Shown here: in pieces, positions 26,674 to 36,771 of the stretch
Numbering within the stretch: the first letter of the stretch is position 1
How the letters are laid out: every line of letters begins with the position of its first letter
Source of the DNA: Escherichia phage Peacock
Sequence record: MK903279.1
Length of the DNA: 39,233 bases
Direction: 5' to 3' (one strand)
Position numbers and translations under genes: made by a program
The notes under the pieces: generated by a model
What the model saw: the letters and a program-made list of their open reading frames with translations, nothing else
What the model was told of the DNA's origin: nothing
Databases searched by the model: none

Positions 26674-28956
26674 ATGGCTAGTAATATTGAATCAGCTCTG
26701 GCTAATCGGACTATGGGTCGCGGCAGAGCGCCAGGTAAAACTATCGCCGTCAACTATCAAGCAGCCAACGTTCAGGCTCCGACTGGTGACTCAGGACTGG
26801 CTCGTGCGTTAACCAACTTCGTTGAGTCTGGGACTGGATTGTACAAGCAGTTCAAAGACGATGAGAAGACACGGGCTGACGAGCGGTCTAACGAGATTAT
26901 CCGTAAGCTGACACCTCAGCAAAGACGTGAGGCTATCCAGAACGGCACACTGCTATATCAGGACGACCCTTACGCTATGGAAGCACTTCGAGTCAAGACA
27001 GGTCGTAACGCTGCCTTTGCGGTGGATGACGAAATTAACGTTAAGATTCAGAACGGTGAGTTCCGTACACGTCAGGACATGGAAGAGTATCGCCACCAGC
27101 GGCTTCAGGACGCCGCTAAGTCCTATGCTGAAGAGGCGGGTATCAACCCTACCGACGAGTTCTTCCAGCGCGGGTTCAACGATAACATCACAGACCGAAA
27201 CATCGCCATCTATGGGTCTTTCAATAAGTATTTCAGCAAGCAGTCTGAAGAGACAGCAATGTTGAACACTCGTATTGAGATGAACTCGTTCCTTAACGAT
27301 GGGGACCTGATGCGTTCGCCTGAGTCTGGAAAGACCTTCATGGCCTACCTTCGGGATGGACTGACGACTGCTGCTATCCCTTCGGACCAGCGAGCACGAG
27401 AGGTAATCACCCAGACGGTACGTGACGCAATCCAGAAGTCAGGAGGCTCAAACTTCCTACAGCAAGTCCGTGGCGAGCGTATCACCCTTAACGGTATTGA
27501 TGCTACCATCGAAGAGATTGTAGGCCCTGACGTCTTCAATGCTGCTGTGGTTGAGGCTCAAGGTACTGAGTACAAGCTGGTGGCTAAGTATCAGGAAGAC
27601 TTATCGTTAGGCGTTCAGTCTGCGATTCTTCAGGACGACCCAACCATCGGTCTTGCCCAGATTCAGAAACTCAAGGAGCAGAACAACCTGCTTCAGCCGG
27701 GGGAAGAACTCACGCCTCAGCGTCAGATGCTTATTAATGCCGAAGCCAGCTTACTGGAAGCGGTCAAGCGTAAGTCTGCTGAACAGGCGAAGGAGAACAC
27801 TAAGTTAATCCAGACTCAGAACAAGCAACTGGTCATCGACCAAGTTTATCAGCGACGTCTGGCTGGGGACAACGTGTCCACCAACTATGAGGACCTTCCG
27901 GTCTCTGAAGCCACAGGAGAGTTCAAGCGTTCAGACATGAACAACTACGCGTCTGCCAAGCTACAGCAGATTGACCAGATGGACATCCCTGAGGCTGCTA
28001 AGGACGCTCAGAAGGTGGCATTGTTAAGAGCTGACACTAACAACGGTCCGTTCCGTAATGCATTCCAGACGCTTACTCAGGACGCTGCTGGTGAGTGGCA
28101 AGCTGCGGTCATCCGTGGACAGTACGACCCAGACAAGATGCAACGCTTCGAGTCTCTTCGTCGTGCCTACACTCAGGACCCTTCAAGTTTTGCTGCTCTG
28201 TATCCTGACCAAGCTCAGTTGTTCTCTACGTTCGACCAGATGGACAAGATGGGTCTGGACCCTCAGACGATGATTGAAGCTGATAAGCAAGCTGCAAGTC
28301 AAAGCCGTGAGATGCGCATGGAGTCAGACAAGGCGTGGCAGGAGCTGAAGAACGACTCCAAGAACACCCAGTTGTCTCGCCTCCCAACGTCTCTGGACTC
28401 AAGTGCTCGTAAGGTCTGGGACTCATGGTACTACCGTACAGGTAACGCTGATGCTGCAACTCAGCAGACTCAACGATGGCTGAATGAAAATACCGTAACG
28501 TTCCAGTCTGAAGGTTCTGACGGTAAGTCCATCGGCATGGTGTCAAAGCACCAGCTTATGGTCGGGGATAACCCAGAGTCGTGGCAGGTTGGTCGAGACA
28601 TTATCGACACCGCTCGTAAGCAGCTCATTAAGGCCAACCCTTGGGTAGTGAACTCTCAGTTGTCCGTTGTTGAACAGAACGGCTCTATCTTCCTCCAAGA
28701 CGCTACAGGTACTATTCGTATTCGCTACGATAAAGAACTTGTAGGTAAACTCTACCGCGAACAACAGCAGAAGGCACAAGATGCCGCATACGCTCAGGCA
28801 GAACGTGACGCTAACAAGCGAGCGCGTATCGTCGGGACTAAAGCTGCTGGTTACAAACGTCGAGCTGACCGAGAGGCCAACATCGAGAAGCGCGGAGGGA
28901 TGTACAATGACGTCTCATTGGAGGGTATCGCAAACGTACTAATCGGTAAGGAGTAA
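26674..28956 (+). CDS. Internal virion protein C (T7 gene 15 position)
   Basis: 760 aa ORF between genes 14 and 16, matching the T7 gp15 size class (about 747 aa); assigned by position and size. Confidence 0.8.
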   Translation: MASNIESALANRTMGRGRAPGKTIAVNYQAANVQAPTGDSGLARALTNFVESGTGLYKQFKDDEKTRADERSNEIIRKLTPQQRREAIQNGTLLYQDDPYAMEALRVKTGRNAAFAVDDEINVKIQNGEFRTRQDMEEYRHQRLQDAAKSYAEEAGINPTDEFFQRGFNDNITDRNIAIYGSFNKYFSKQSEETAMLNTRIEMNSFLNDGDLMRSPESGKTFMAYLRDGLTTAAIPSDQRAREVITQTVRDAIQKSGGSNFLQQVRGERITLNGIDATIEEIVGPDVFNAAVVEAQGTEYKLVAKYQEDLSLGVQSAILQDDPTIGLAQIQKLKEQNNLLQPGEELTPQRQMLINAEASLLEAVKRKSAEQAKENTKLIQTQNKQLVIDQVYQRRLAGDNVSTNYEDLPVSEATGEFKRSDMNNYASAKLQQIDQMDIPEAAKDAQKVALLRADTNNGPFRNAFQTLTQDAAGEWQAAVIRGQYDPDKMQRFESLRRAYTQDPSSFAALYPDQAQLFSTFDQMDKMGLDPQTMIEADKQAASQSREMRMESDKAWQELKNDSKNTQLSRLPTSLDSSARKVWDSWYYRTGNADAATQQTQRWLNENTVTFQSEGSDGKSIGMVSKHQLMVGDNPESWQVGRDIIDTARKQLIKANPWVVNSQLSVVEQNGSIFLQDATGTIRIRYDKELVGKLYREQQQKAQDAAYAQAERDANKRARIVGTKAAGYKRRADREANIEKRGGMYNDVSLEGIANVLIGKE

Positions 28957-28960
28957 CATA

Positions 28961-31900
28961 ATGGCGACTCGTGGTATTCGCAATAACAATCCGGGTAACA
29001 TCCGGGTAAGTAAGGACCAATGGGAAGGAATGACTGGAGATGATGGCGCATTCGTCACCTTCGATAGTCCAGAGTCTGGCGTCCGAGCTTTAGGTAAAAA
29101 CCTGCTGTCCTACGGTCGCCAAGGTTATGATTCCATCGAGAAGATTATCAACAGATGGGCACCTCCTAACGAGAACGACACTAAGGCTTATATTGACTCA
29201 GTGGTGGCTGCAACTGGTATTCCAGCTACACAGAGTCTCGACCTATCGGACCCTGACACCCTGTCTTCTCTGGCACAAGCTATCAGCTTCCATGAGACAG
29301 GCTCACGGTACGACCCTGAAGTCTATCAGAAGGGAGTCGCACGGGCACTCACCGGCATTAGCCCAAAGACTCCACCAGTAAGCGCTAACGTATTTGACGC
29401 ACTCACGGAAGGACTCAAGGCTAAACCTAAAGTAGCTCTTGGTGAGAACCTTCCGACCTCTGCTGGTCTGAACATTGAGGGTCAAGCACCTGAAGCTCCC
29501 AACGAATCGTTCGGTGAGATGTTCTATAAGGCTACTGGAGAGACCATGCAGGAGCAAGAGGACCGCTCTACGTGGTTCGGTTTCGGTGCGGCTACAGAAG
29601 CTGAAGTGAAGAACTCTATGGTCGGCGTGGCTATCCGCGCTGGTCAGACTGAGGACTCACTGGATGTCATTGGCGACGTGTTCAACCCGACCCGCTGGAA
29701 CAACCACAAGTGGTCCCGCGAGGAGTTAGACCAGATTCGTAACGCTGGGGTCCTGCCTCAGTATTACGGGGTTATCACTGGCGGCTCCCCTCAGAACCTG
29801 ACCGAGCTGATTAACTTGGCGCTGGAGAACCAGAAGTTAGACGCTGAGAAGGCTAAGGCCGGGACTGGCGCTCAACTGGCTGCTGGTGTAATTGGTGCTG
29901 GTGTGGACCCTCTAACCTACGTTCCTATCGCTGGACAGGTAGGCAAAGGTGGTAAGCTCGTCAACAAGATGTTCACCGTGGCTGCTCAATCCGGGGCACT
30001 GGCTGGTGTGTCTGAGATGGCCCGTACCTCAGTGGCTGGTGGTGATGCTCATGTGGCTGAAGCTATCCTTGGTGGTGCTCTCTTCGGTGGTGGTATGACT
30101 GCTATAGCTGATGGCCTAGGCAGAGCCTTAGGTCGCAACACTAACGAGTTCGCTGGTCCAGCTACACGTCTGGAAGCTCGCGAGACTGCTCGTAACGTTG
30201 ATGGTCAGGACCTATCTCGTCTACCTATTCAGGAAGGTGAGCAGACCTTTAGTCATCAAGGTGTTAAGTTCGCAGACGTTCCTAACGAGCCGGGTAGTGT
30301 ACGACTGGAAGATGGTTCAATCCTGATTGGTGAGAACCCTCTGAACCCTAAGACACGTCAAGTCTTTGACGAAGTGATTGAGCCGGAACGTGCCGCTGCT
30401 GGTGTGAACCTTGGTGGACTTACCGAGATTGGCCTGAAGCTGCTTCGGTCCGAGAACCCAGAGATTCGTGGAGTAGCTGCTGACTTAGTGCGTTCACCGA
30501 CTGGTATGCAGTCTGGGGCCTCAGGTAAAATCGGGACCACTGCGTCAGACGTATTCGAGAGACTTCGTGCTGTGGACCATCGGTTCTACAACGACATCGA
30601 CGATGCTGTTACTGAGGCACTCAAGGACCCTTACTTCCAGACAGCATTCTGGCGAGACTCTGGCGCATTCCGTCAAGACATCTATCAGCGTGTGTCTATG
30701 GCTATTGAAGATGGTAGCGGAAACCTGAAGGCTGAACTGACTCCGGGAGAACTGAAAGTCTATGACCTACTGAAGAACCAGTTTGACGCCAAGCGTGAGA
30801 TGATGGAGAACCCAGCTATGTTTGGTCGGCCAGACGCTAAGTCTATCTTTCCGGGTAGCCGCTTCAAGGGAACCTACGTCCCGCATGTGTATAGCAACCA
30901 GATGAAGGAGCTGTACATCAAGGAGCTTGGGAGTCCAGAGGCGTTGCAGGAGGCAATCAAGAAGTCATGGCTGACCAGCTATGCGTCTCGACCTGAAGTC
31001 AAGAAACGTGTGGACGAGGCACTCTTAGAGGCTGACCCTACGTTGACCCCAGAAGGACTTGCGGCTGCGGTAGATAAGTACGCCAACGATAAGGCTTACG
31101 GTATCTCTCACACCGAGCAGTTCGAACGTTCATCCGTAATGGAAGAGAACATCAACGGTCTGGTAGGTCTGGAGAACAACAGCTTCCTTGAGGCTCGCAA
31201 CCTGTTCGATAGCGATATGTCAATCGTCCTGCCTAATGGTCAGACCTTCAGTGTCAATAACCTACGTGAGTGGGACATGGACAAGATTGTCCCGGCCTAC
31301 AACCGTCGAGTTAATGGCGACATTGCTATCATGGCGGGTACAGGCAAAACCACGAAGGATATGAAGGACTTGGTTGAGACCATGATGAACAAGGCTGGTG
31401 ATGACGGCAAGTTGAAAGGTGAGGTCTCGACCTTGCGTGACACCTTGAAGATTCTCACAGGTCGTGCTCGACGTGATGGTGCTGACGATGCGGCCTTCGC
31501 TACCGTGATGCGCACGATGACAGACCTATCGTTCTTCGCTAAGAATGCCTACATGGGTGTTCAGAACTTAACGGAGATTGGTGGTATGCTGGCTCGTGGT
31601 AACGTTCGTGCACTACTGCATGGAGTTCCAATGTTCCGTGACCTAGCCTTCCGTAACAAGAAGGTTGGGGCCTCAGAGGTTAAGGACCTGCACAATGTTA
31701 TCTTCGGTAAGGAACTGGATGACTCAATCCGTCCGTCTAAACAGGATGTTATTGACCGTCTGCGCTCCTATAGCGACCTAGGTCGTGGGGCAGCTACAGC
31801 TCTGGGGACTGCCAAGTATTACACTGGCGAACTTGCAGTACGCTCTCCGTTCACTAAAGTCCTCAACGGTACGACCAACTACCTGTTAGATGCTGGACGT

Positions 31901-32848
31901 CAGGGCTTCCTGTCTGACATCGTGGAGCATAGTCTGACTGGTAGTAAGCGTCGGTTCGATGACCGCTGGCTGAAGACCGCTGGTATCTCTGACGAGCAGT
32001 GGAAGGGCATTAAGTCCCTAATCCGTGAGTCAGTGACTCGTGGTCCAGACGGGAAGTACACCATCAAGGACAAGAAGGCGTTCAGTCAGGACCCAAGGGC
32101 TATGGACCTGTGGCGTATGGGTGACACCATCGCTGACGAAACGTTACTAAGGCCTCATAAGCTGTCTAACATGGACGCCAAGGCTTATGGTCCTCTCGCT
32201 AAGACTGTCCTTCAGTTTAAGAACTTCGTCATCAAGTCCATCAATGGGCGAACCATGCGAACCTTCTATAACGCCACGAAGAACAACCGAGCGATGGATG
32301 CTGCCCTATCTACCGTGATGTCTATGGGTCTGGCTGGTATCTACTACATGGCTCAGGCTCACGTCAAGGCTTACGCTATGCAGGATGGTAGAGACCGTGA
32401 ATACCTCAAGCAAGCTCTGGACCCGATGATGATTGGTTATGCGGCTCTGTCCCGTAGTTCACACCTTGGTGGCCCACTTGGGGTAGCTAACATTCTAGGT
32501 GGCATCGCTGGGTATGAGGACACTAAGATGCTCCGTTCGTCTATCCTACCTCGTTCACCTACAGAGAAGCCTGAACGTGCTATCGCGTATGGTGCGGCTA
32601 CAAGTGACCCTGTGATGAATGTCGTTGGTAACTTTTTGGAGCAGGTTCCAGCTTTCGGATATGCTGCTAACGTTGGTGCTTCTGCTTATAACTTGGCTGG
32701 CTACCTCAAGGCTGATACTCGTGTCAACGAGCGAGACTACATGACCGGGATGTATAATACGTTCCGTGAACTGGTCCCGAACGACCCAATTACCCAGAAG
32801 CTATTACTTGGAACGTTTGAGGAGCAAGGTATCCACATCAAGGACTAA
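28961..32848 (+). CDS. Internal virion protein D (T7 gene 16 homolog) with an atypical N-terminal domain
   Basis: 1295 aa; from about residue 190 onward (...RLEARETARN..., ...VRSPTGMQSGASGK..., ...RELMENPA.FG..., ...GTYVPHVY..., ...ENNSFLEARNLFDSD..., ...VNGDIAIMA.TGKTTK...) matches T7 gp16; N-terminal RNNNPGNIR-containing region does not match the T7 lytic transglycosylase domain as recalled. Confidence 0.9.
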   Translation: MATRGIRNNNPGNIRVSKDQWEGMTGDDGAFVTFDSPESGVRALGKNLLSYGRQGYDSIEKIINRWAPPNENDTKAYIDSVVAATGIPATQSLDLSDPDTLSSLAQAISFHETGSRYDPEVYQKGVARALTGISPKTPPVSANVFDALTEGLKAKPKVALGENLPTSAGLNIEGQAPEAPNESFGEMFYKATGETMQEQEDRSTWFGFGAATEAEVKNSMVGVAIRAGQTEDSLDVIGDVFNPTRWNNHKWSREELDQIRNAGVLPQYYGVITGGSPQNLTELINLALENQKLDAEKAKAGTGAQLAAGVIGAGVDPLTYVPIAGQVGKGGKLVNKMFTVAAQSGALAGVSEMARTSVAGGDAHVAEAILGGALFGGGMTAIADGLGRALGRNTNEFAGPATRLEARETARNVDGQDLSRLPIQEGEQTFSHQGVKFADVPNEPGSVRLEDGSILIGENPLNPKTRQVFDEVIEPERAAAGVNLGGLTEIGLKLLRSENPEIRGVAADLVRSPTGMQSGASGKIGTTASDVFERLRAVDHRFYNDIDDAVTEALKDPYFQTAFWRDSGAFRQDIYQRVSMAIEDGSGNLKAELTPGELKVYDLLKNQFDAKREMMENPAMFGRPDAKSIFPGSRFKGTYVPHVYSNQMKELYIKELGSPEALQEAIKKSWLTSYASRPEVKKRVDEALLEADPTLTPEGLAAAVDKYANDKAYGISHTEQFERSSVMEENINGLVGLENNSFLEARNLFDSDMSIVLPNGQTFSVNNLREWDMDKIVPAYNRRVNGDIAIMAGTGKTTKDMKDLVETMMNKAGDDGKLKGEVSTLRDTLKILTGRARRDGADDAAFATVMRTMTDLSFFAKNAYMGVQNLTEIGGMLARGNVRALLHGVPMFRDLAFRNKKVGASEVKDLHNVIFGKELDDSIRPSKQDVIDRLRSYSDLGRGAATALGTAKYYTGELAVRSPFTKVLNGTTNYLLDAGRQGFLSDIVEHSLTGSKRRFDDRWLKTAGISDEQWKGIKSLIRESVTRGPDGKYTIKDKKAFSQDPRAMDLWRMGDTIADETLLRPHKLSNMDAKAYGPLAKTVLQFKNFVIKSINGRTMRTFYNATKNNRAMDAALSTVMSMGLAGIYYMAQAHVKAYAMQDGRDREYLKQALDPMMIGYAALSRSSHLGGPLGVANILGGIAGYEDTKMLRSSILPRSPTEKPERAIAYGAATSDPVMNVVGNFLEQVPAFGYAANVGASAYNLAGYLKADTRVNERDYMTGMYNTFRELVPNDPITQKLLLGTFEEQGIHIKD

Positions 32849-32866
32849 ACTATCACTATAGGAAAC
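32844..32866 (+). promoter_or_regulatory. Phage promoter (phi17-like)
   Basis: GACTAAACTATCACTATAGGAAACG; overlaps the gene 16 stop. Confidence 0.7.
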
Positions 32867-32912
32867 GGGAGGCGCTACCATAGGTCTCCCTTTAAATCAC
32901 AAAGGAGGCATA

Positions 32913-35612
32913 ATGTCTACTATTACACAATTCCCTTCAGGAAACACTCAGTACAGGATTGAGTTCGACTACCTAGCCAGAACGTTTGTTGTTGTTACGC
33001 TGGTGAATAGCTCTAACCCAGCCCTGAACCGTGTACTGGAAGTTGGTCGAGATTACCGATTCCTTAATCCAACAATGATTGAGATGTTGGTTGACCAATC
33101 AGGTTTCGACATCGTTCGTATTCACCGTCAGACTGGAACTGACTTAGTGGTAGACTTCAGGAATGGCTCAGTGTTGACATCTAGTGACCTGACCAATGCA
33201 GAGCTTCAGGCTATCCATATTGCAGAAGAGGGTCGAGACCAAACTGTTGACTTAGCGAAGGAATATGCCGATGCTGCTGGTAGCTCTGCTGGCAACGCTA
33301 AGGATAGCGAGGACGAAGCACGACGAATCGCTGAGAGTATCAAGACCGCTGGCCTACTGGGGTATGTTACCCGTCGCTCCTTCGAGAAAGGCTTCAACAT
33401 TACTGCATGGAACGAGGCACTGCTGTGGGAAGCGGATGGTAACTATTACTGCTGGGATGGTACACTTCCAAAGAACGTTCCTGTTGGCTCAACTCCTGAG
33501 ACTGCTGGTGGTATTGGTAACGGGAAGTGGGTCAGTATTGGAGATGCGGCACTACGAGGGCAGATTTCAGACCCTGAAGGTGCAACAAAATATCCTGAAC
33601 TACAAATTGCTCGCTGGCGTGATAATGGCGATCCGCGTGGATGGGGGGCTATTGGTGATGGAGTTACAGATGACACATTAGCGTTACAAGCGTGTTTTGA
33701 CACCGCTACTTGCGACATAGATTTAGGTGGAAAGACATATTTAGTTAGAAAAAATCCCACATTGGCTGCTACATATCCTAATGAGCCTGACTTCTCTGAT
33801 GGTTCTTATAACTACAGTCCTTGTTTGGCACTAGTAGGTAAAAAGAACATCAAGATTCACAATGGAGCGCTCATTGTTGAAACTCATGGTCTCGATGCAA
33901 TTAGTCTTATTGCGTGTGAGCATGTTACTGTTGATTTAACAATCAAGGGTCCAGGCATCTTCCCAGCGATCGATACACCAACCGGATATGCAGAGAAAGG
34001 TGAGGCAAACTTCGGTTACGACTCGTCCTTATTGCTAGCCCCAAACAATGCCCTTGATACAAGTGCATACACTGGAGGGGCATACGCAGGAGTAGCAGGT
34101 CAGTTCCCTAAATACAATGCGGATGGAAGTCAAGCTTCTGGTTGGCAAAGTACATGGGGTACATTCCTTGGTGGCTACATCGGTAGCTGGGCTTGTGGTG
34201 TTAAGGTGCAGCGTGCATGCCGTGGTATTCTGATCAATGACTGTGACATCTCTGGGTTTAACTTTGGTGCTGTAGGTATTGGAATCCGTAACACAGCAGC
34301 GGCCTATGGTGCAAGTGATTACACCACAGATGCAGATATACCTGATGGTGTTATGGTTATTAACACACGCATTCGCAAGTGCTACAGTGCAGGTATCTAC
34401 GTCCTATCTGGTTATCGCCTTAACTACATGGCGAACAACATTGAAGACATCGGTCACCCTAATGGCAATGATGCATTGAACGCAAGCTATGACCCCGGCT
34501 ATGGTATTACCCATGGTCGCAATCGTCGCATCCGTAATGTAACGATTACAGAGAACATGATTCGTAACTGCCGACGCAAGTGTATTGACTTCCACGGAGG
34601 TGGTCAGGCTATCATCGCCAAAAACCATTGCCTTGAGCATGGTGTTGTTGGTATCTACGCTAAGTGCGGTCCGGGCTGGTCGCCCAACTACGAACCATAC
34701 AACCTGATTATCGCTGACAACTATGTTCGTTCACGTGATGTTCCAGCAAGTGAAACCACAGGTCCACTTATTGGTGCTAAGTATACTCGAAGCATCGATG
34801 TAGGTGGTGGTGGTGAGGCAACACAGGCTACCTATCCAGACCCGTTTGTCAAGATTCACAATAACTATTGTGAGCTTCGTGCATACGATGGAGTGGCAAT
34901 TAGTACAGGCGCAGGTGATGACAATTACAATGTCTTCATGGACATTGATGTCAGCCACAACACGGTTGTGCTTAAGTGCAACACACCTAACAACTTCGCA
35001 GAGGGCATCGGCATTAACGCAGGTGCAGCATCTAACAAGGTGTATCGTGGGCAGAGAGTCAAGCTTATTGGTAACAGCATTAAGCAGCTAAACACACTCA
35101 ACCTAACCTATCGAAGTGCAGGGTATAAGATTCAGGGTATCCCTAAATCACTTATAATGCATGGCAATACGTTGGACTTGAATGTGTCTACTCAGAGTTG
35201 CAAGCTGTGTGACTTCGTTATCGACAGTCGTATAAACTACAGCTTCGAAGGGAACCAAGTGTTAAGCTTCAGTGCTCGTGACAGTGCAACTCTGCAAGAG
35301 GTGTGGTTGTACGACAATATGAAGATCACACGTCCAGCGGCAGCAGCAGCAGCTACCATCAGTGGCAATCTGTTCCGTGGCATCTGGCAGGTATGCATTG
35401 CAGGTACAGGTGATGCCTTTGGTGCCAAGCAGACACAGTTTGCAAGCACTGGCTCAGGCGGTACAGGGTTCGATGTGGTTCGTTCAGCTACTACAGGCTT
35501 CATTGCCACCTTTGGCATTGGTGCAAGCGGCTTAATAGTGCCAGCAGTAACCCAAGAGTCTCAGGTGCAAATCAACCTTAAGTTGGTTAGCTCATTGGAT
35601 TCTGTAGCTTAG
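32913..35612 (+). CDS. Tail fiber / tailspike: T7 gp17-type N-terminal adaptor fused to a pectate-lyase-like beta-helix (putative polysaccharide depolymerase)
   Basis: N-terminus ...IEFDYLARTFVVVTLVN...DYRF...LVDF.NGSVL...AE.Q..HIAEEGRD... matches T7 gp17 residues 1-150; downstream WGAIGDGVTDDTLALQACFD is the hallmark motif of pectate-lyase-fold glycosidases and tailspikes; third codon positions become A/T-rich from about 33580. Confidence 0.88.
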   Translation: MSTITQFPSGNTQYRIEFDYLARTFVVVTLVNSSNPALNRVLEVGRDYRFLNPTMIEMLVDQSGFDIVRIHRQTGTDLVVDFRNGSVLTSSDLTNAELQAIHIAEEGRDQTVDLAKEYADAAGSSAGNAKDSEDEARRIAESIKTAGLLGYVTRRSFEKGFNITAWNEALLWEADGNYYCWDGTLPKNVPVGSTPETAGGIGNGKWVSIGDAALRGQISDPEGATKYPELQIARWRDNGDPRGWGAIGDGVTDDTLALQACFDTATCDIDLGGKTYLVRKNPTLAATYPNEPDFSDGSYNYSPCLALVGKKNIKIHNGALIVETHGLDAISLIACEHVTVDLTIKGPGIFPAIDTPTGYAEKGEANFGYDSSLLLAPNNALDTSAYTGGAYAGVAGQFPKYNADGSQASGWQSTWGTFLGGYIGSWACGVKVQRACRGILINDCDISGFNFGAVGIGIRNTAAAYGASDYTTDADIPDGVMVINTRIRKCYSAGIYVLSGYRLNYMANNIEDIGHPNGNDALNASYDPGYGITHGRNRRIRNVTITENMIRNCRRKCIDFHGGGQAIIAKNHCLEHGVVGIYAKCGPGWSPNYEPYNLIIADNYVRSRDVPASETTGPLIGAKYTRSIDVGGGGEATQATYPDPFVKIHNNYCELRAYDGVAISTGAGDDNYNVFMDIDVSHNTVVLKCNTPNNFAEGIGINAGAASNKVYRGQRVKLIGNSIKQLNTLNLTYRSAGYKIQGIPKSLIMHGNTLDLNVSTQSCKLCDFVIDSRINYSFEGNQVLSFSARDSATLQEVWLYDNMKITRPAAAAAATISGNLFRGIWQVCIAGTGDAFGAKQTQFASTGSGGTGFDVVRSATTGFIATFGIGASGLIVPAVTQESQVQINLKLVSSLDSVA

Positions 35613-35765
35613 ACATGAAGGGCAGACTTAGTTATGCCCAAGGAGGGATGTGTCAGTAACAGGGCAGGCGGCTCGAAGACTGTGGAAGTAGAGGCGAACT
35701 ACACGCTGGTTAACGTAGGGTAACAACTTTGGGTCAAGGACGACCCGCTTTAAACTGGAGGTTTT

Positions 35766-35960
35766 ATGATTGAGTTAGACTTCAAGAATGAGGTCCTTAA
35801 AGCCTCTCCTATAGTCGGGACCGCTGCGGCTGATGGTGCCAGTCGGTTCTTCTTCGGACTCACACTGAACGAATGGTTCTACGTTGCAGCGATCGCGTAC
35901 ACCGTTGTCCAGATTGGTGTGCTGGTCTACAAAACGATTAAAGGAGGTGGTAAAACATGA
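35766..35960 (+). CDS. Holin (T7 gene 17.5 homolog)
   Basis: ...LKASPIVGTAAADGASRFFFGLTLNEWFYVAAIAYTVVQIG... near-identical to the T7 holin as recalled. Confidence 0.9.
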   Translation: MIELDFKNEVLKASPIVGTAAADGASRFFFGLTLNEWFYVAAIAYTVVQIGVLVYKTIKGGGKT

Positions 35961-36220
35961 CTCAGATGGACTTAGAGAAGTTCCTCTTGATGCTTGATAC
36001 TGAACGTGCTCGACTTATGCTGAAAGACTTGCGGGATGACACTAAGCGTTCACCTCAGCTCTACAACGCCATTGAGAAGCTGCTTGCTCGTCACAACTTT
36101 GTGTTAAGCAAGGTGTCTGTGGACGAGAAGACGCTGGCTGATATGGAGGCCCTGAACGCAGAGTACGATAAGGTGCTTTCAGCGACTGAGGATAATGACA
36201 CCGGGTATGGTGTTCAATAA
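35957..36220 (+). CDS. Terminase small subunit (T7 gene 18 homolog)
   Basis: ...LLMLDTERARLMLKDLRDDTKRSPQLYNAIEKLLARHNF... matches T7 gp18 (...LEMLDTAMAQRMLADLSDHERRSPQLYNAINKLLDRHKF...). Confidence 0.85.
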   Translation: MTQMDLEKFLLMLDTERARLMLKDLRDDTKRSPQLYNAIEKLLARHNFVLSKVSVDEKTLADMEALNAEYDKVLSATEDNDTGYGVQ

Positions 36221-36270
36221 GTGTTAGACTCAAGGTCATTACTATATGTAGTGGCCTTTATGGTTAACAC
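36221..36270 (+). promoter_or_regulatory. RNase III-type processing hairpin (R18.5-like)
   Basis: GTGTTAGACTCAAGGTCATTACTATATGTAGTGGCCTTTATGGTTAACAC; third copy of the 6318/13114 element. Confidence 0.5.
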
Positions 36271-36321
36271 TAACTAGTGGAGGCGACTCTACGTGAAATA
36301 TGATAAACCGGGAGGGCAACT

Positions 36322-36771
36322 ATGCTCGAATTTTTAAAGAGAGCGGCTCCGTGGTTACTTGCAGCAGTGATGTTTGCTGGTGGCTACCACACCGCTAACA
36401 ATAAGTGGGAGGCTAAGGTCAATGCAGAATACACCTCGAATCTTAAGGCATCGGAAGATACAAGGCTTGCTGTCCAAGCTGAAGTCAACAAAGTGTCCAA
36501 GCGGTTTCAGGACGAAATGTCCTCGCTGGAAGGCAGCACTGATAGGATTATTGCTGACCTTCAGTCTGACAATAAGCGGCTGCGCATCCGAGTCAAACCA
36601 ACGAGTGGAGCCACGCAAAGTGACGGTCGATGCGTCATTGATGGTTACGCCGAACTTGACGAACGAGATGCTAAACGTCTTATCGCCATCGGAGTGAAAG
36701 GAGACAAGTGGATTAAGGCCCTTCAGGACACTGTGAGAGCCTTACAGCAAGATAAGGAGGTGACGCATTGA
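36322..36771 (+). CDS. Rz-like i-spanin (T7 gene 18.5 homolog)
   Basis: [21 protein letters not shown]... N-terminal transmembrane segment and ...[24 protein letters not shown]... match T7 gp18.5. Confidence 0.85.
   Translation: MLEFLKRAAPWLLAAVMFAGGYHTANNKWEAKVNAEYTSNLKASEDTRLAVQAEVNKVSKRFQDEMSSLEGSTDRIIADLQSDNKRLRIRVKPTSGATQSDGRCVIDGYAELDERDAKRLIAIGVKGDKWIKALQDTVRALQQDKEVTH
36422..36697 (+). CDS. Rz1-like o-spanin lipoprotein embedded in Rz in the +1 frame (start uncertain)
   Basis: Embedded ORF with hydrophobic stretch [16 protein letters not shown] followed by Cys (lipobox-like ISGC); ATG 36422 is the first in-frame ATG, and the track ORF starts at TTG 36374. Confidence 0.45.
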   Translation: MQNTPRILRHRKIQGLLSKLKSTKCPSGFRTKCPRWKAALIGLLLTFSLTISGCASESNQRVEPRKVTVDASLMVTPNLTNEMLNVLSPSE

